NCBI RefSeq assembly: GCF_053078305.1
Contig: NZ_CP166879.1
Length of the DNA stretch: 64,000 nucleotides
Reading direction: 5' to 3' (one strand)
Numbering within the stretch: the stretch's first letter is position 1; each line of letters begins with the position of its first letter. The notes under the pieces were generated by a model. That model saw only the letters and a program-made list of their open reading frames with translations, searched no databases and had not been told where the DNA came from. Below, piece after piece: positions 1-11,571 of the stretch. The position numbers and the translations under genes were made by a program.

Positions 1-319
1 GGATGATATTGGCGTTGTCCGGCACTTTAATACCGATGGCATCTTCGATGGCGTAAACCGAAGCCAGGGCGTGTACGCCAGTACAGACGCCGCAGATACG
101 TTCAACGAACGCCCACGCATCGCGCGGGTCGCGCCCTTGCAGGATGATCTCCAGCCCGCGAAACATCGTGCCGCAGGAGACGGCATTGGTGATCACATTC
201 TGATCGTTAATATTCACTTCGCAGCGCATGTGGCCTTCAATGCGCGTAATCGGGTCGACCACCAGGCGGCGTCCGGCATTATTGATGGTGTATCCCTGAG
301 TTTCGTACTGAGTGCTCAT
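1..319 (-). CDS. hyaB: Hydrogenase-1 large subunit, N-terminal part (runs off window)
   Basis: Reverse translation from ATG at 319-317 gives [30 protein letters not shown]..., matching HyaB; ATG overlaps hyaA stop. Confidence 0.9.
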   Translation of the reverse strand, partial: MSTQYETQGYTINNAGRRLVVDPITRIEGHMRCEVNINDQNVITNAVSCGTMFRGLEIILQGRDPRDAWAFVERICGVCTGVHALASVYAIEDAIGIKVPDNANII

Positions 320-1434
320 GCCTGTTTATCCTCATTGCCTGGCTGATGTTCGGTTTCTGTAGGTTGCTGGTTATGACGTCTGCGCTGGTCAACGGCGCTG
401 GCGACTGCGTGCACACCAACAGCCGCTGCCACCACGCCAAGCGCGGTTAAACCGACGGTATCGGCGGTGGAATGAGTACCCATTTGCGGAATATCGACCA
501 CGCGGCTGTAGAACGAACCGCGATCCCAGAAACCATTTTCCGCACAGCCCAGGCAGCCGTGACCAGACTGGATTGGGAAAGAAACGCCATCATTCCAGCG
601 TGTGGAGGAACAGGCGTTATAGGTGGTAGGCCCTTTGCAGCCCATTTTGTACAGGCAATAACCTTTGCGGGCAGCGTCATCATCCCAACTCTGGACGAAC
701 TCTCCGGCGTCGAAGTGAGCGCGGCGATAGCATTTATCGTGGATACGCTGACCATAAAACATCAGTGGACGACCCATTCTGTCGACATCTGGCAAGCGAT
801 CAAAGGTCACCATGTAAGTAATGATGGCGCTCATCACATCCGGGATCGGCGGGCAGCCAGGTACTTTGATAATGGGTTTGTCGGTGATGACTTTGTCGAT
901 AGGCGTTGCCTGTGTCGGATTGGGTCGCGCGGCCTGCACGCAGCCCCAGGACGCGCAGGTTCCCCAGGCGATAATCGCGCTGGCTCCGGCAGCGGCACGT
1001 TTGAGTTTCTCAATAAACGGTCGTCCGCTGCTGATACAGAACATCCCCTGCTCGCCCAGCGGCGGATTACCTTCTACTGCGAGGATATATTTGCCATTGT
1101 ATTGCGTGATGATGTCTTCAAAGACTTCTTCCGCCTGGGTTCCGGCGGCAGCCATCAAAGTATCATCGTAATCGAGGGAAATCAGGGAAAGGATGACGTC
1201 CTTTGCCAGCGGGTGAGCGGAGCGGATAAAAGATTCGGTACAGCAGGTGCATTCCAGACCGTGGATCCATACCACTGGAATGCGGGGTTTATTCTCCAGC
1301 GCCCAGGCAATCTTTGGTGCCATTCCCGCGCCTAATCCCAGCGACGTGGCAGCCAGACTACAATATTTGAGAAAGCTGCGCCGGGTAACGCCCTGACGCC
1401 GCATGGCCTGGTAAAATGTTTCCTCGTTATTCAT
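316..1434 (-). CDS. hyaA: Hydrogenase-1 small subunit; ORF-track entry extends upstream from a TTG, real start is the ATG at 1434
   Basis: [30 protein letters not shown]... Tat signal and Cys-rich Fe-S motifs; K-12 synteny with serT. Confidence 0.9.
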   Translation of the reverse strand: MNNEETFYQAMRRQGVTRRSFLKYCSLAATSLGLGAGMAPKIAWALENKPRIPVVWIHGLECTCCTESFIRSAHPLAKDVILSLISLDYDDTLMAAAGTQAEEVFEDIITQYNGKYILAVEGNPPLGEQGMFCISSGRPFIEKLKRAAAGASAIIAWGTCASWGCVQAARPNPTQATPIDKVITDKPIIKVPGCPPIPDVMSAIITYMVTFDRLPDVDRMGRPLMFYGQRIHDKCYRRAHFDAGEFVQSWDDDAARKGYCLYKMGCKGPTTYNACSSTRWNDGVSFPIQSGHGCLGCAENGFWDRGSFYSRVVDIPQMGTHSTADTVGLTALGVVAAAVGVHAVASAVDQRRRHNQQPTETEHQPGNEDKQA

Positions 1435-1859
1435 ATCGCACGTCTCTCCTCCTTGCGACACCGGCAGGACACCGGGCGCACATGGTCGGCAAGCGACGTC
1501 CCTGTAGCAAGGCAAACCATCGCTTCACGTGAGATGCTGAAAACGAAAGCTCATCCTTCTGCACTGGCGCACGTCGCCAGAAAGTAATGTTAATAAAGCG
1601 TAGTGAAACTTTTGCACAAAACAATACAAACTGTGTGGATTTATCTTTTAGCGATAAAAATGGACCTATTTTTCTTTTTGCCGGGCGGTGGGATGTTTAG
1701 CCTGTTGCTAAACGAGTAAAAGAGAAGGAATTCATGGTGATGAAATGATCAATCTGCTGTTATTTCACGCTATCAATGCACTTTTGGCTGTTTTTCAGGC
1801 AAACAAACAAATTAGGGGTTTACACGCCGCATCGGGATGTTTATAGTGCGCGTCATTCC

Positions 1860-1947
1860 GGAAGTGTGGCCGAGCGGTTGAAGGCACCGGTCTTGAAAAC
1901 CGGCGACCCGAAAGGGTTCCAGAGTTCGAATCTCTGCGCTTCCGCCA
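1860..1947 (+). tRNA. serT: tRNA-Ser (anticodon UGA), intact; 3' 60 nt is the attL core
   Basis: GGAAGTGTGGCCGAGCGGTTGAAGG...CGCTTCCGCCA, long variable arm, anticodon loop cTTGAAAa. Confidence 0.9.
1888..1947 (+). repeat. attL core: 60-bp direct repeat, identical to 51881-51940
   Basis: Exact 60-nt match read directly in sequence; mismatch immediately upstream (1887 c vs 51880 t). Confidence 0.85.
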
Positions 1948-1953
1948 AACAAT

Positions 1954-1987
1954 CAAGGGGTTACCAAATGGTAGCCCCTTTCCTTTT
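1954..1987 (+). terminator. Rho-independent terminator after serT (prophage-side copy)
   Basis: Hairpin aggggttacc/ggtagcccct followed by T-tract. Confidence 0.6.
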
Positions 1988-2087
1988 TTTGCTCTTAGTA
2001 TACACTTGGTATACTAATTGGTATATTTAGCTCAATACACACTAGGTACATTGTTCTCTTTACGATTTATCGCTATACCGATGAATT

Positions 2088-2417
2088 ATGAATAACCCCA
2101 ATCCATGCATGACGTGTGGTGCCTGTTGTGCATTTTTCCGCGTCTCTTTTTACTGGGCAGAAGCTGACGATGCTGGCGGAAAGGTTCCGGTCAGTCTCAC
2201 TGAGCAAATATCCCCCTTTCATCGCTGTATGCGCGGCACCAGTCAGAAAAATCCCCGATGTGTCGCTCTGGCGGGAACTCCGGGTAAAAACGCATATTGC
2301 TCTGTTTACAAAAACCGTCCGTCCACGTGCCGGGAATTCGCAATGTCCGGAGAAAATGGCATCGCAAATGAAGCATGCAACCGCGCCCGGGCAAAATACG
2401 GACTTCCGGAAATCTGA
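2088..2417 (+). CDS. YkgJ-like Cys-rich protein (UPF0153, putative Fe-S or zinc binding); moron at prophage left end
   Basis: [31 protein letters not shown]... CxxCxxCC motif; opposite strand to tail genes; hairpin terminator at ~2540-2565. Confidence 0.55.
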   Translation: MNNPNPCMTCGACCAFFRVSFYWAEADDAGGKVPVSLTEQISPFHRCMRGTSQKNPRCVALAGTPGKNAYCSVYKNRPSTCREFAMSGENGIANEACNRARAKYGLPEI

Positions 2418-2580
2418 AAAATCATCCATATCAACAGGATGCACGAAAAATGAGAGTTCCATCACTTCCGGAATTAACTTTTCCGTGGCACTATTTACTC
2501 GGCATAGTGTATATCTTCACAATAATGACATAATCAACGCAGTTCATGGGGGAGGTGATGGTCCCCCATCTTTTTGTCTG

Positions 2581-3252
2581 TTATTCCTGTGCCCAGCCAA
2601 CCCTGTATGCCAGGATCTCATCCGCACTGCTCAGCGATTCCAGGTCCTTCTTCATGGTGCGCTGGCGAATGTGGATTTCCATCCCTTTGGTGAACATCGC
2701 CTGCTCTGCCGCTTCACTCAGCGCAATAAGCTCTTCTGCTGTCACCGGCACATCATTGTTTTCCGCATCCGTCCAGAAAAACGCCTCCGGCAGTTTCCCC
2801 GATTTCGCTGCCGCCACCGACGGCTCAAGACGCGTCTGCGTTGACTTCCCGTAGTCCCATTTACGCCCATTGTGCTCAAACGTGTAGTTCGCCGCTTCCA
2901 TCGCATTACGCCAGGCGTTAATTTCATCGCCCTTCATCCCTCGCGCTTTCTCCGCGGTCAGCAGGTCCGTGATTTTCTCCCCGTCAAAACCCCAGCGCCC
3001 CGAGATGTCAGCTTTGCGGTTTTCTTCCGTATCCGCCACCTCCACCACACTCTGGCCCACTGGCCACAGAACTGATGCCACCCTGCTGATGCCGGTAATG
3101 ACTCCGGCACTGTTATAAACCACCTTCAGCGTCTCTGCTGAAAATAACGACTGACACTCATACCAGTCCTGACCATCCTCTGATTTCAGGTACATCGCAC
3201 CCGGCACATCCGGATTTTCCGGCGTGTATTGTCTGAAATTCTTTATGTGCAT
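2581..3252 (-). CDS. tfa: Tail fiber assembly protein (Tfa-like)
   Basis: Position immediately downstream of side tail fiber; size and composition typical of lambdoid Tfa. Confidence 0.65.
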   Translation of the reverse strand: MHIKNFRQYTPENPDVPGAMYLKSEDGQDWYECQSLFSAETLKVVYNSAGVITGISRVASVLWPVGQSVVEVADTEENRKADISGRWGFDGEKITDLLTAEKARGMKGDEINAWRNAMEAANYTFEHNGRKWDYGKSTQTRLEPSVAAAKSGKLPEAFFWTDAENNDVPVTAEELIALSEAAEQAMFTKGMEIHIRQRTMKKDLESLSSADEILAYRVGWAQE

Positions 3253-3293
3253 CTGTAAGTCCTCCCGGTTACATGTCTGAAAGATGATGCGCT

Positions 3294-5012
3294 TTATAAT
3301 GGAAAATACTCAAACCCCGAAGCTCCTGACGACACATACTCACCCACGCTGACTGTACGCCACTGAGAACCATCAAATGTCACCTGAAGCGGCCTGTAAG
3401 AAACCGATATCACACCATCTGCTCCTCTACTTTTCAGACCAGTAATCACAGCTCCTATACTCAGGCTTATTGACAGAAAACCAGAGCTCTCTTCTGCTCT
3501 GTAAGTCTGTTCATTACCCAGCCTGATACCCACAACCCGGCTCTTCCCGTCTGATGCCCCGGGCGGCCCCATCGGCCCGGTTTCTCCACGCTCACCTCTG
3601 GGACCGGGGTCGCCTTTCTCCCCTTTCGGTCCCTGCGCTCCCCGCGGACCAGCGGGGCCTGTTGCTCCCGTTTCACCTTTCGGACCCTGTGCTCCGGGGT
3701 CACCTTTCTCTCCTTTCGGACCGGGAACACCACCTCCTGCTGCAGCCTCTTCTGCCTTTGTTTTCGCTTCATTTGCCACATCCATTGCCGCCTTCACGGC
3801 CTTCGGCGTGGCTGCCTTTGTTTCGTCATTACTGCCAGTATCACTGCTTAACTGCACCACACCTTTCTGCGTCGTGCTGGCATCCCGCTGGCTGACCGTA
3901 TCCGGTTTGTTTTTTGTGCTGTAATCCACCCGCCAGTGGAAATACCGTGTGTCGCCGTAAACCGTACAGGTACAGACCGTGCCATTAATAAACCCCGTTG
4001 CACCGTATTCGCCAATGGTGACCCGGACTATGGCAGCCTCATACGTTCCCATCACCTCAATGACACAGCCACCCAGATTGAGTTTTCCCGGTCCGACATC
4101 CGTGATGACTTTATTCATTGACGCAAGCAGTGATGCCTTCATCATCCAGTAAGGCTGGTCAAATGCCCCTTTTTCTTTCAGCCAGGCAACAAACTCGCGT
4201 GTTTTCCATTCACCGGCCCCCGTATGAATGTCCCGCCCGTATACTCTGGCTGCTCCCACGGTGTTCAGAAACTTCACCTTATCCGGGATATCATCACCGT
4301 TTTTCGCTTTCTCCAGGCATCCGTCCGCTTTGTCCATTGCCGCTTTCACCGCTTTCGGCGTGGCTGCCTTCGTTTCATCATCACTGTCCGTTGCGCTGCT
4401 TAACTGCACAATTCCCTTCTGTGCCGTCGTCGCATCCGGCCCTCCCGGCTCGCCTTTTTCGCCCTTCTCTCCCCGTTCACCTTTCACACCCTGAAGCCCC
4501 TGTGGTCCTGTCTCACCACGCTCACCCTTTGGCCCCCGCTCGCCGGTATCGCCTTTTGGCCCGGGAATACCCTGCGGCCCGGTGTCCCCCTTATCCCCCT
4601 TCGGTCCCCGCGCATTCTCTGCCCGTTTCTTCGCTTCCTCTGCACTCGCCGCTGACGCTTCCGCACGTTTCAGGATTTCCGCTGCCACCGCTTCCAGCTC
4701 TGCAAGGGCTTTCGGGTAATACTGTGCGTCTTCCAGGTCCATCAGAAATTTATTCAGCGTTCCCGGTGCAGAATCCGCCTTCACCAGAATGTCACCCACA
4801 TATGACGGCGCGTACCCTTCCGTGTTCAGCGTCACCCGGTACAACCCCGGCTCAACATCCATACTGTAACTGCCGGTTTCCCCCGGCTGACCATACGCCA
4901 CCGTGGTGACAATCACCATCTCCGTTGTGCGGCGCGCTTTCAGCTCTATCGTGCATCCCGGTACTGGTTTTCCCGTACCATCCTTCAGCACACCCGATAT
5001 TCTGACTGTCAT
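3294..5012 (-). CDS. stf: Side tail fiber protein with collagen-like G-x-x repeats
   Basis: Two blocks of [13 protein letters not shown]... repeats; conserved [10 protein letters not shown] motif twice; follows J. Confidence 0.75.
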   Translation of the reverse strand: MTVRISGVLKDGTGKPVPGCTIELKARRTTEMVIVTTVAYGQPGETGSYSMDVEPGLYRVTLNTEGYAPSYVGDILVKADSAPGTLNKFLMDLEDAQYYPKALAELEAVAAEILKRAEASAASAEEAKKRAENARGPKGDKGDTGPQGIPGPKGDTGERGPKGERGETGPQGLQGVKGERGEKGEKGEPGGPDATTAQKGIVQLSSATDSDDETKAATPKAVKAAMDKADGCLEKAKNGDDIPDKVKFLNTVGAARVYGRDIHTGAGEWKTREFVAWLKEKGAFDQPYWMMKASLLASMNKVITDVGPGKLNLGGCVIEVMGTYEAAIVRVTIGEYGATGFINGTVCTCTVYGDTRYFHWRVDYSTKNKPDTVSQRDASTTQKGVVQLSSDTGSNDETKAATPKAVKAAMDVANEAKTKAEEAAAGGGVPGPKGEKGDPGAQGPKGETGATGPAGPRGAQGPKGEKGDPGPRGERGETGPMGPPGASDGKSRVVGIRLGNEQTYRAEESSGFLSISLSIGAVITGLKSRGADGVISVSYRPLQVTFDGSQWRTVSVGEYVSSGASGFEYFPL

Positions 5013-5154
5013 GGATTTCCCCCATAAAAAAACCGCAGTACCGGTTTCCCGGCCTGCGGTAAAATTTGTGGTTTGTTGGTGTTAAAACGGTGCCATCCGG
5101 CTGACCACCCTCAGCAACCGGTCGGCGGGGGATATTCTCCCCCGCCACGGTTTC

Positions 5155-5295
5155 TTACTGCTTACACTGTAAGAACGCCGCAATCTCCGCGCCCGCTATC
5201 CGGAACCGGAACTCGCACAGTGAACTGTGGGTGATCCAGATAATGAGCACTACCGTGATACAAATCACGGTGGTTTTTAACGGTTTTTGCGACAT
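5155..5295 (-). CDS. hok: Hok/Gef-family type I toxin (46 aa), not in ORF track
   Basis: Own translation: MSQKPLKTTVICITVVLIIWITHSSLCEFRFRIAGAEIAAFLQCKQ; TM helix plus LCE-R-R...AAF signature; AAGGAG RBS 9 nt upstream. Confidence 0.6.
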   Translation of the reverse strand: MSQKPLKTTVICITVVLIIWITHSSLCEFRFRIAGAEIAAFLQCKQ

Positions 5296-5493
5296 AAACG
5301 CTTGCTCCTTTTACGGAGAGGCGCTAACCTTCAATTTGCTGAAGATCGAAAGTCAGGCCTCGGGTTAAACATGAATGTTTGTCCGGGGCCTTCGTCTTTC
5401 CGGCCTTCAGGTGTTCCCTCCGGCCATCAGCCAAAGGCACCCGCGCATACTGTACGGTTTTTGTCTCCTTCCGGCAATCCCGGGGCGCGATGT

Positions 5494-8400
5494 TCAACTG
5501 ATGCCGATCCCCGCCGTGGATTTTTTCATGACCACAACCAGTAAATCACTGATGTATGTTGTCGGCGTCCAGTGGTTCACCCCGTTCGACCACACATTAA
5601 ACGTCAGGGTCACATGACCCCGTCCTGCTGGCATATCAATGACGGACGAAAACACCCGGGTGACATCCGTTGCCGGCTGATGAAAAATTACCCTTCCGTT
5701 CATCTGCACCTGTAACTGACACGTGGAATACCATGTTGAAGTGTGATCTTTGCTGGACTGGTGCTCATGTCTCGCCCCCCGGAACAGCACCGGTGGAATG
5801 ATAATCTGCCGGTCGAAGCCCTGGTCATCGTAAACCGTGACGGTTATCGTGCCACTGGCATAACTGTTATTCCGGGGAAAGGCTTTCCCCACCGTCTTCA
5901 CCAGATCGCCTTCAATCTGGTTCGCAGACAGTTTCCCTCTGATGACACAGTTCTCGTTAATGGTGACATTATTGAGCGTGCCGCTATTCGCTGTGACAGC
6001 TCCACTGATGTCCGCATTGCGGGCCGTCAGCCTGCCCTCCGGCGTCAGGGAGAACGTCGGGGGATTGCCGGACGAGGTGATGCTCACTGCAAACAGTCGC
6101 TTCAGGAACACATCGTTCATGAACAGCTGATTCCCCTGCGCCACAAACAGCGGCGTGGTGTTGCCGTTCTCCGGGTTAATCATCGCGATACGGTCCGCCT
6201 GCAGCAGAATATTGCTCAGGGGCTGGCCATCAGCATCCTCAATCCCCGCACCTATACCGGCAACATACGGAATGCCGTTTTTCGTTTTCTGCACCTTCAG
6301 CATATACAGCGCAGCCAGGTCGTTATTTGTGTCTGTCTGCACCCGCTGTATCTGCTGTATGGTGGCACTCTGGTCTTCCAGGGTTTTACTGACCGTCTGC
6401 GTGATTTCATTGCGGGTTTCGGTGATGGTGGTCTTCATCTCCGCCATCTCATCGTCAAGCTGGCTGTTATCAATCAGCTCCCACATCCCCTGTGCCAGAT
6501 GTGTCTTCCCGATTTCTCCTCTGAAAAAGTCCAGATACCCTTCCGCATCATTGCTCGCCCGGCCACTGGCTTCCACAAACGCAGATTTCCCCACCAGGTT
6601 GACGCTGCGCACATAAAACCAGAAATCCTTCCCCGGCTTGATGTGCGGGCCGGAGACGCTCCACTGGCTGCCTGTCCCCAGATAACGGGCAGAGGTTTCC
6701 ACCTGAGATGTGTCTGCGATTTTTGCCTCCGAGAACCAGAACTCAAACTGTACCGTCGGGTCATACACCGCCAGCACCGGTACTGCTGTTATCTGATAAT
6801 ACCCCGGCGTCAGCTCAATGCTGGCCGGTGCTGCAGGCGCATTAATCCGGAACGCGGTGGTGGCAGGTTCGCCCTGCTGGCCGTAGCTGTTTATCGCCCT
6901 GACCGTCAGGGTGTATTCCCCCAGAGGCAGGCCACTGAAACGGTGCTCCGTGTCGGCAGTGATGGCGGTGGTCACCAGGCGGCTGTTTTCACCGTTTCCG
7001 CTGGTCAGGCGCAGACTGAAGCGCACGCCCTTCACCACCCGCGGCGTGTCCCATTTCGCCAGCGCCAGATACTGGCCGTCTGAGGCACTCACCTCCACCG
7101 TGAGGTGCTGCACTGCCGGCGGGATAACGCTGTTCAGTGAACCGGACAGCGGCTCAAAGCGAGCCCCGTTATCCACAATGGCTTCTTTTTCCGGTACGTG
7201 CTGCACTGCCGTGATGGCAAAAGTGCCGTCCGTGTTTTCCCGGATGGAAACACAGCGGAACAGGCGACGACGCAGTGACGGCAGGGAGAGTCCCCACACA
7301 CCGTATGTCTCCACGCCATCCGGCAGGGCGCTGACCTGTATCCGGTCCGGCGCGGGGTGTGCAGTGATGTCCACGCGCACCGGCTTACCGCTGCCGTTAA
7401 TCAGGTTCACCGTCGATGTCCCTGCTTCCGGCAGTGTCACCTCACGGTCCAGCGTCAGTGTGCGGCTGGCGGCATCAATGGACAGGATGCGTCCGCCGGT
7501 CAGGGTCCCGGCATAGTCGTTATCACAGATTTCAATGATGTCACCGGGCGTATGCCGCAGCCCCTGTGACCCGAGCGTGAAATCCACCGTCTGCGTTTCC
7601 AGCAGTTCGGTCTTTATCACCCACAGTCCGGCACGGTGGGCCTGACCGCGGCTGGTACAGCCAAACGCATCCATCTTCAGCAGGTTGCGTCCGTAGCGCA
7701 GGATGGCGTCCGGGTCTTCCACCAGTTCCGTGGAGGTCTGCCAGCCGTTCTGCGGGTCGGTGTAATTCACCTCCACCGCCGTGTGCCGGTCCTTCAGGGC
7801 ACTGAAGCTGTAGCGGAACCCCACGCCGTTATCATCCACCACCACATCGCTGTTGGTGTACGGCCACACCACATCCGACGGACGGTCCTGAACGAACGTC
7901 AGCGTCTGGCCGTTCCATACCGGCATACAGCGCATCGCCGAGCAGAAATCCCCCAGGACATCCCACACCTTACGCTGCTGTGACAGGTACGCATTGAAAG
8001 TCATCCGCGGCTCTGTTCCCCCGAAACCATCCGGGACCGTCTGGTCGCAGTACTGCCCGATGGCATACAGTGCCCACTTGTCCACATCCGCGGCCCCCAG
8101 GCGTTTTCCCATGCCGTAGCGCGGGTGGGTCAGCATGTCCCACAGGCACCAGGCCGGGTTATTGCTGTATGCCGGTTTCAGACTCCCGTCCCAGATACCG
8201 CTGTAGGTGCGTTTTTCCGGGTCATAGTTTGACGGCACCTGAATGATGCGACCACGGATATGGTAGTTCACCGTCAGCTGCTGGCCACCAAACTGCTCCG
8301 CATCCACCTGCAGCCCCACAATGGCCGTGTTCGGGTAGCACTGTTTCACATCGATGATTTCGGTGTATGACGACCACAGCGTTCTGTTCTGCAGCTGGTC

Positions 8401-8970
8401 CGTGGTGCTGTCCGCCGTCTCCCTGACCATCCGGATGTTAAAGGGGCGCTCAGGGAGATTATTCAGAATCACAGACGTCAGGTACTGCGAGGTGGTCTTG
8501 CCGTTAATGGTGATATCCTTCTCCGTCACCCAGTGCCCGTTACGCTCAAGCTGAATCAGCAGGCGGACAGAAGAGGGATTACGGTCACCCTTTGAGGTGG
8601 TCTCCACCAGTGACTGCACCCCGAAGGTGACCCGCAGACGGTCAATGTTCGCTGACGTGATGGTGCGCGTCACCGGCTTTGCCTTCGTCACCTCCACGCC
8701 CAGTGCGGTTTCTGCCCCGGAGGACTCAAAGCCTTCCGGCGGTGTCTGCTCCTGCTCCCCGGCGCGCCAGACGGCGGTCACACCGTGTATCACGGGATTA
8801 CCGTCCGTGTCCGTCAGCGGGGTTTTGTTCACCAGAATACTCTGCAGTCCCTTCACCGGACCTTCCACCGGTCCCTCACCAATGGCATCAATCACGCTCA
8901 TCATCTGCGTGGATTTGAGATTGTCCTTCGCCTCACGCGGTGTGTGCCCCTTGCCGCCCCCTTTACCCAC
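5494..8970 (-). CDS. J: Tail tip / host specificity protein J; likely GTG start at 8970 (track ORF extends to 9021)
   Basis: (V)[21 protein letters not shown]... collinear with lambda J throughout; AGGAGA RBS before GTG. Confidence 0.9.
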   Translation of the reverse strand: MGKGGGKGHTPREAKDNLKSTQMMSVIDAIGEGPVEGPVKGLQSILVNKTPLTDTDGNPVIHGVTAVWRAGEQEQTPPEGFESSGAETALGVEVTKAKPVTRTITSANIDRLRVTFGVQSLVETTSKGDRNPSSVRLLIQLERNGHWVTEKDITINGKTTSQYLTSVILNNLPERPFNIRMVRETADSTTDQLQNRTLWSSYTEIIDVKQCYPNTAIVGLQVDAEQFGGQQLTVNYHIRGRIIQVPSNYDPEKRTYSGIWDGSLKPAYSNNPAWCLWDMLTHPRYGMGKRLGAADVDKWALYAIGQYCDQTVPDGFGGTEPRMTFNAYLSQQRKVWDVLGDFCSAMRCMPVWNGQTLTFVQDRPSDVVWPYTNSDVVVDDNGVGFRYSFSALKDRHTAVEVNYTDPQNGWQTSTELVEDPDAILRYGRNLLKMDAFGCTSRGQAHRAGLWVIKTELLETQTVDFTLGSQGLRHTPGDIIEICDNDYAGTLTGGRILSIDAASRTLTLDREVTLPEAGTSTVNLINGSGKPVRVDITAHPAPDRIQVSALPDGVETYGVWGLSLPSLRRRLFRCVSIRENTDGTFAITAVQHVPEKEAIVDNGARFEPLSGSLNSVIPPAVQHLTVEVSASDGQYLALAKWDTPRVVKGVRFSLRLTSGNGENSRLVTTAITADTEHRFSGLPLGEYTLTVRAINSYGQQGEPATTAFRINAPAAPASIELTPGYYQITAVPVLAVYDPTVQFEFWFSEAKIADTSQVETSARYLGTGSQWSVSGPHIKPGKDFWFYVRSVNLVGKSAFVEASGRASNDAEGYLDFFRGEIGKTHLAQGMWELIDNSQLDDEMAEMKTTITETRNEITQTVSKTLEDQSATIQQIQRVQTDTNNDLAALYMLKVQKTKNGIPYVAGIGAGIEDADGQPLSNILLQADRIAMINPENGNTTPLFVAQGNQLFMNDVFLKRLFAVSITSSGNPPTFSLTPEGRLTARNADISGAVTANSGTLNNVTINENCVIRGKLSANQIEGDLVKTVGKAFPRNNSYASGTITVTVYDDQGFDRQIIIPPVLFRGARHEHQSSKDHTSTWYSTCQLQVQMNGRVIFHQPATDVTRVFSSVIDMPAGRGHVTLTFNVWSNGVNHWTPTTYISDLLVVVMKKSTAGIGIS

Positions 8971-9211
8971 TCTGCCCCCCTCTCCTGTCTGATGTCTGAA
9001 TCTGTTTATGCCCAAAAACAACAGGCACCCCGGAGGGTGCCTGTGTCATGACGGAATAAAATTTCTGAAATTCTTCACATTTCCGGCAATTGCCTGTAGC
9101 CGCAATAATGACGCTGCGTTACTTTTTTGATGCCTGAAAAATAACTCCATAAAGTTAATCTTCATCGTTCTCTCCCGCAGCTCCACTAACTCTGCGGGAT
9201 TTTTTTTATTT

Positions 9212-9892
9212 TTATCCCCGCCCGATAACCACCACTTTCCCGTCTCCGCCCTCATCACGGGTGCTGATGTCCTGGGATATCCGTCGTGAACCAACCAGCA
9301 TTTCACCGTAAGGCACCGGCATCGGGTTACCCTGGGCAATCATGTTGTCCAGTGACGAAAAATACGTGTTCTGTTTACCGTTATCCGTACTTTTATACTC
9401 CGGCGTCTTTGCCTTCGGGGCCAGCATCTGAGCCACACCACCCAGTATCATGCTGGCACCCAGTGAGAACAGCATCGTGGTGGCAGTCAGCCCTCCGGCA
9501 CTCAGGGCTGCGCCCCATGCCGCCAGTGTTGCACCACCAGTGAAAAATGACCCGACAATCGCTGCAACCCCCAGCACCACCTGAAAAACACCATTTCCCC
9601 CGGCTCCGGCCAGCCGCGGTACAATATGAATCACGGCCCTCCCGCTCAGTGGCTCATGAAGACGGGCATACACCGCCTCCGGCGCGGTATCCTCACCGGC
9701 AATACGTATCTGATACCAGCCTTCGTTCATCTGACCGCGGAATCCCGGCACCTGCAGCGACAGGGCACGGATGGCCTCCGCTGCCGTGTTCACATACAGG
9801 CTGATGCGGCGACCAAATCGTTGTAAATCCCCGTGAAGGCAGATGCGGACCAGTGGCGGTGACGCCAGACAGAATGCGTTCGTCGTTGCCAT
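9212..9892 (-). CDS. I: Tail assembly protein I
   Basis: MATTNAFCLASPPLVRICLHGDLQRFGRR... matches lambda I. Confidence 0.85.
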   Translation of the reverse strand: MATTNAFCLASPPLVRICLHGDLQRFGRRISLYVNTAAEAIRALSLQVPGFRGQMNEGWYQIRIAGEDTAPEAVYARLHEPLSGRAVIHIVPRLAGAGGNGVFQVVLGVAAIVGSFFTGGATLAAWGAALSAGGLTATTMLFSLGASMILGGVAQMLAPKAKTPEYKSTDNGKQNTYFSSLDNMIAQGNPMPVPYGEMLVGSRRISQDISTRDEGGDGKVVVIGRG

Positions 9893-10533
9893 TTTTCAGA
9901 ATACCTCTCCCGTTTACTCAGTTGTTCAGGTATATGGTGAAGCAGTTCACCGTTGCCACAGTAAATGGCGGCATGATTCGGCACCGATGCGCCAAAGCAG
10001 CACAGCAGGATATCGCCCGCCTGTGCACAGGACGGAGACACCCGGTAAAAGCCGTTGTCCGCCAGGTTGTCCAGGTACAGGTTCTGGCCGTTGTGCCACC
10101 AGTCATCCTCACGCACAAAATCCGGCAGCGTTATCCCCGCCAGATGGTAAGCATCCCGGAACAGGGTGTAACAGTCCGTCACACCGTGTTCAAAGCGCCG
10201 TCCGGTCAGGTGCGGCACACAGCGGAACCGGTGAATTTCACCCCGGCAGACCAGCCACCAGGGCAGGGCACTCTTTATCTGCAGCCGCCGGTCCGCCTCG
10301 CTCAGCCAGGGCAGACCACCGGGATGACTGTGGACCAGCGCCACAATCTCCCCCTGCATCTGTGCCTGCAGCCAGTCTTCCGGTGTAATACGAAAATACG
10401 CCTCCGGCTCTGCGGAGATATTCACGCAGGGCTGGTACCGTTCGCCCTCCGGGGTGCTTATCACGAAGCCGCACGACTCCGCGGGCGCACATCGCCGGGC
10501 ATGCGCCAGAATCGCTGATTCAGTCTGTGTCAT
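9790..10533 (-). CDS. K: Tail assembly protein K (NlpC/P60-like); start trimmed to ATG at 10533
   Basis: MTQTESAILAHARRCAPAESCGF... matches lambda K; track ORF has 87 extra N-terminal codons. Confidence 0.85.
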   Translation of the reverse strand: MTQTESAILAHARRCAPAESCGFVISTPEGERYQPCVNISAEPEAYFRITPEDWLQAQMQGEIVALVHSHPGGLPWLSEADRRLQIKSALPWWLVCRGEIHRFRCVPHLTGRRFEHGVTDCYTLFRDAYHLAGITLPDFVREDDWWHNGQNLYLDNLADNGFYRVSPSCAQAGDILLCCFGASVPNHAAIYCGNGELLHHIPEQLSKRERYSEKWQRRTHSVWRHRHWSASAFTGIYNDLVAASACM

Positions 10534-10543
10534 AAACCGGGAT

Positions 10544-11242
10544 TTACTGCGAAAGTTTGTTAATGGAAAGGAAACCGCCAAAATTGACCGCCATGCCGCG
10601 CATCTCACACCCGCGCATGCATTTACTGCATCTGTCCTTCCGGATATCCGTGGTGGGGTTGTCGAACTCATCCGCCACTGCCGGACCGTTATACCCGCAC
10701 TCATCGCCCCGGTAATCCCACATACAGGTGTTCGCCAGCATGATGCGACCGGGAAACAGCGCACCGTCCGTCTCCGTCGGTGTCGCCAGCACAAACGAGG
10801 CCGTCATGGCCGTCAGCGCTGACATCTGCTCCACCACCCACCGGTCCGTCAGCTCCTGCTCCGGGTCGGCCTCAGGATTGCCTGCCACAAAGTTCACCGC
10901 ATCCAGAAAACGCGCATACACCCGGCGGCGGACCACCGTGGCACCCACCAGGCTCTGCAAATCCTCCGCCATCCCGGTGACAAGGCCGAACAGATTGGAC
11001 ACCGTCAGCGACGGGCGGGCACTGCTGCCCTTTCCGTTCATCTCAAAGCCACTCCCCTCAATCGGGTACGCCTGATATTCACGCCCCTGCCAGGTCACCG
11101 GCTCCCCTTTTTCATTCAGCTCATTGCAGAAAAAATACCGCTCACCGCCCTGCACCGTCAGGTCGATTTCCCAGAGCACCACCCGCGGTGACTGCTCTGA
11201 CTTAACCGACTCGTTCAGGCTTGCTTCGTGAATATCCTGCAT
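10544..11242 (-). CDS. L: Minor tail protein L
   Basis: MQDIHEASLNESVKSEQSPRVVLWEIDLT... matches lambda L. Confidence 0.85.
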   Translation of the reverse strand: MQDIHEASLNESVKSEQSPRVVLWEIDLTVQGGERYFFCNELNEKGEPVTWQGREYQAYPIEGSGFEMNGKGSSARPSLTVSNLFGLVTGMAEDLQSLVGATVVRRRVYARFLDAVNFVAGNPEADPEQELTDRWVVEQMSALTAMTASFVLATPTETDGALFPGRIMLANTCMWDYRGDECGYNGPAVADEFDNPTTDIRKDRCSKCMRGCEMRGMAVNFGGFLSINKLSQ

Positions 11243-11571
11243 CAGTTCACCACCTGCTTAAACTCCGCGCTGAACTCAACGCGCAACATCCCGACCCGCG
11301 CAGACCACCCGGCACAGGTCACCTTTATCTGCCGGTATGCATAGGGTGGCTTCCACAAAAATGCCTTCCAGCCCCCGTGCTCTGCCAGGAACGCTTCCAG
11401 ATGCCGGGCCTCCTCCCGGCTCACGGAAAGCATCACCCGGTATGTTTTCAGGTCAGCATTCAGCCCTGCCGCCATACGCTGTGAGTACCCGTCACCAAAA
11501 CGCACTTCACGCACCGATGGCTGCGAGTTCACCTCCATATCCGGCTTCACTTTCCAGCGAAAGGTTTTCAT
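11242..11571 (-). CDS. M: Minor tail protein M
   Basis: MKTFRWKVKPDMEVNSQPSVREVRFGDGYSQR... matches lambda M. Confidence 0.85.
   Translation of the reverse strand: MKTFRWKVKPDMEVNSQPSVREVRFGDGYSQRMAAGLNADLKTYRVMLSVSREEARHLEAFLAEHGGWKAFLWKPPYAYRQIKVTCAGWSARVGMLRVEFSAEFKQVVN

Noticed and set aside
2116-2844. 242-aa + strand ORF overlapping the ykgJ-like gene and tfa
   Set aside because: Out of frame with the motif-bearing ykgJ-like ORF and antisense to tfa; no recognisable features.
5743-7083. 446-aa + strand ORF
   Set aside because: Lies entirely antisense inside the lambda-J homolog; Arg-rich, low-complexity translation typical of a GC-rich antisense frame.
9046-9339. 97-aa minus-strand ORF
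   Set aside because: Mostly overlaps the 3' end of gene I in another frame; only the last ~39 codons lie in the spacer (noted as a possible small ORF).
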